Shown here: positions 62,084 through 64,000 of the stretch, piece by piece | Layout: each line of letters begins with the position of its first letter | How positions within the stretch are numbered: the first letter of the stretch is position 1 | From: Mobula hypostoma | Taxonomy: Eukaryota | Reading direction: 5' to 3' | Length of the DNA stretch: 64,000 bases | Assembly: GCF_963921235.1 (NCBI RefSeq) | Contig: NC_086097.1 | Coordinates: forward strand, 238,020,001-238,084,000 | Program-made: the position numbers and the translations under genes | Notes under the pieces: generated by a model | What the model was told of the DNA's origin: nothing | What the model saw: only the letters and a program-made list of their open reading frames with translations | Database searches by the model: none

Positions 62084-62939
62084 TGTTACGTACCCCGTAA
62101 CTGGGTTGCCAAACCAGCAGAAATGGATCACTCAGTTGGAGTCTGGAGTACTAGAACTAAGAAAGTTTTATTAAAGAAACAAGCAACACAGTAATCGAAA
62201 GGATAATAAATGCAACAGTTCAGCAATGATAGTCACACATGTGCACAGAATTAAGATCACAGCATCAATCAAGCTCTATCGTTGTCTCGGGGTAAATGAC
62301 CAAATTTCAAAGTGACTCAAAGTTCAGTCCGGTTTCGTAGCTCAGTTCGCAGTAATCGTTGCCATGGCGATGGACAACGTGCGGGGAGAGAGAGAGAGAA
62401 CAGGAACAACTATTCATACACGGCTTCACTCACAGACCGGCGATATGGCTCACAAGCAACTTTTGGGCGGGTCCTTAGTGATGTCACCTGAGGTCACCGA
62501 CTGTGACCCCTCCTCCAGATGTGGTTGATCCTCTGCAGTGAACCCGGCACCCAGGCAAGGGCGGACACACACCGGGTTCCCGCTGATCGTACCTTTCCAC
62601 CCTGGTCGTTGTCTGGTACTTATCACCCACTCGTGAGAGGCGCACCGCTTCCAGGGTCTCGTTACCTCGGGTGGCGTGTGTGTCCCTTAGCGAACCGGTC
62701 CCTTTTTATCCCCCTGCTGGGGCATCGCCTGTCCATCACTTCAAACAGTTCAAGGTTCAAAGGGGGGAGCCGCTCCAGACAGCTCTCTCTCCCCCGTCCC
62801 TTCATTACACATCTCCAAACGCTGCTCCATTGTTCCTTATCTCTCCTTCCCCTGAGGGCAGGTGGCAGACCACTTGCTGATGTCACTGATGCTAACCCAG
62901 GCCAGCAAACATCTTAATTTTATGTGTATTCTCGTCACA
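62084..62939 (-). mobile_element. Solo LTR (856 bp) with 4-bp TSD, inserted in a CR1 3' end
   Basis: TGTTACG...CGTCACA termini; AAGG at 62080-62083 and 62940-62943; minus-strand GATAAAAAG (~62702-62710) and AATAAA (62167-62172); host GGTAAAGG|TTATGGGGAGAAGGC rejoins. Confidence 0.9.
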
Positions 62940-63199
62940 AAGGTTATGGGGAGAAGGCTGTAGAATGGGGTTGTAAATCAGCCATGATTGAATGGCAGAG
63001 CAGATTTGATGGGCCAAATGGCAAATTCTGCTCCTGTCTTGTGGTCTAGTGGTCAATAGGCCCAAGGCATCTGACATAACAGGCCATTCATATTCAAATG
63101 CAAAGAGTGGAGATCGCAGAACAAGCACATGGGACTAATGTACAAAGTGAGCACGGAAGCTGAAAAGATAAGGGAAGAAAGACTTTGGGAGCATCATGG

Positions 63200-63425
63200 A
63201 GCGTGGAATTCATTGCCACAGCTGGCTCTGGAAGTCAGGATATTGGGCATATTTGAAGTACAGGTTGATAAGTACTTAATTAGTAAGGGTGTCTAGGGTT
63301 ATGGGGAGAAGGCAGGAGAATTGGGCTAAGAGGGAAAATAAATAAGCTGTGATGGAATGGCAGAGCAGACTCAATGGGCTTATGGGCTCCTACATGATGC
63401 CTTATAGTTTTATGGTGTTATGGAC
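63200..63425 (+). mobile_element. Old CR1 3' fragment
   Basis: TGGAATTCATTGCCACAG...GGTTATGGGGAGAAGGCAGGAGA. Confidence 0.8.
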
Positions 63426-64000
63426 AGTCATCGGAATCCAGAGGTGAGCTGATTGGCGGTAGGTTGATCATGATGATGGTTGGCACTTGATTTCATCATA
63501 TTCTTATTTTATATGTTACTCCGTCGCTCTTTTTGATCTACTCCTAAACTTAAACTATTAGCTTTAATAAACTGACACGCTTCGAGACAATGCAAGGTGA
63601 CACACATGACAGCATATTTACATTTCAAGAGCATGCAAGATGTTTCGGGATGTCTTGGTGTCCTGAGAATCTTGTGATCAAAGCCACACCAGACATCCTG
63701 AAGATGCTGGAATTCTTCAGCAAAATACACAACATGCTGCAGAACCTCAGCTGGTTAGGCAGCATCTATAGAGGGAAATAAACAGTCAATGTCTTGAAAG
63801 CTTATTTCTCCCTATATACGCCACCTGATCCGGTGTGTTCCTTCAGCATTTTGTGTCTGCTGTTATCAATAAGATTTGTTTTAAAGTTTTCACTCAATTT
63901 CTTTCTGTTGGTTGCGCTTGTCAAGTTACATGAATATTAGTTCCTGCTGGTTATTTGTGTCAGTTTATCCTGATTGTTCACCTATTCTACCAGTTATCAT

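Noticed and set aside
1..64000. Prokaryotic systems (CRISPR, retron, DGR, defence RT)
   Set aside because: No repeat-spacer arrays or operons; all RTs are eukaryotic CR1, Rex1 or Penelope types.

Overview
Eukaryotic, repeat-dominated intronic or intergenic DNA from a vertebrate, most likely a cartilaginous fish (ray or shark). That assignment is an inference from the CR1/V-SINE/Rex1/Penelope repeat mix. I cannot identify a host gene, and there are no prokaryotic operons, CRISPR arrays or RNA genes. Nearly all long ORFs come from transposable elements. These are two near-full-length CR1 LINEs (839-4846 +, 21433-25816 -), many truncated or nested CR1 pieces, Penelope-like (GIY-YIG) elements, Rex1/Babar and L1 fragments, a decayed Gypsy provirus, two solo LTRs, Tc1 remnants, mini-MITEs and tRNA-derived SINEs. 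The most notable signals are: (1) an in-register U-UUA-AAC slippery site just before the ORF1 stop in both long CR1 copies, with ORF2 in the -1 frame and no AUG before its endonuclease domain, suggesting programmed -1 frameshifting; (2) minimal hammerhead ribozyme motifs in the Penelope terminal repeats; (3) fold-back Penelope insertions with two fixed end points and 13-14 bp TSDs; (4) a composite DNA element bounded by two ~70-bp palindromic mini-MITEs; (5) a duplicated promoter-like monomer in a CR1 5' UTR that also occurs alone elsewhere. Boundaries of old repeats are approximate.
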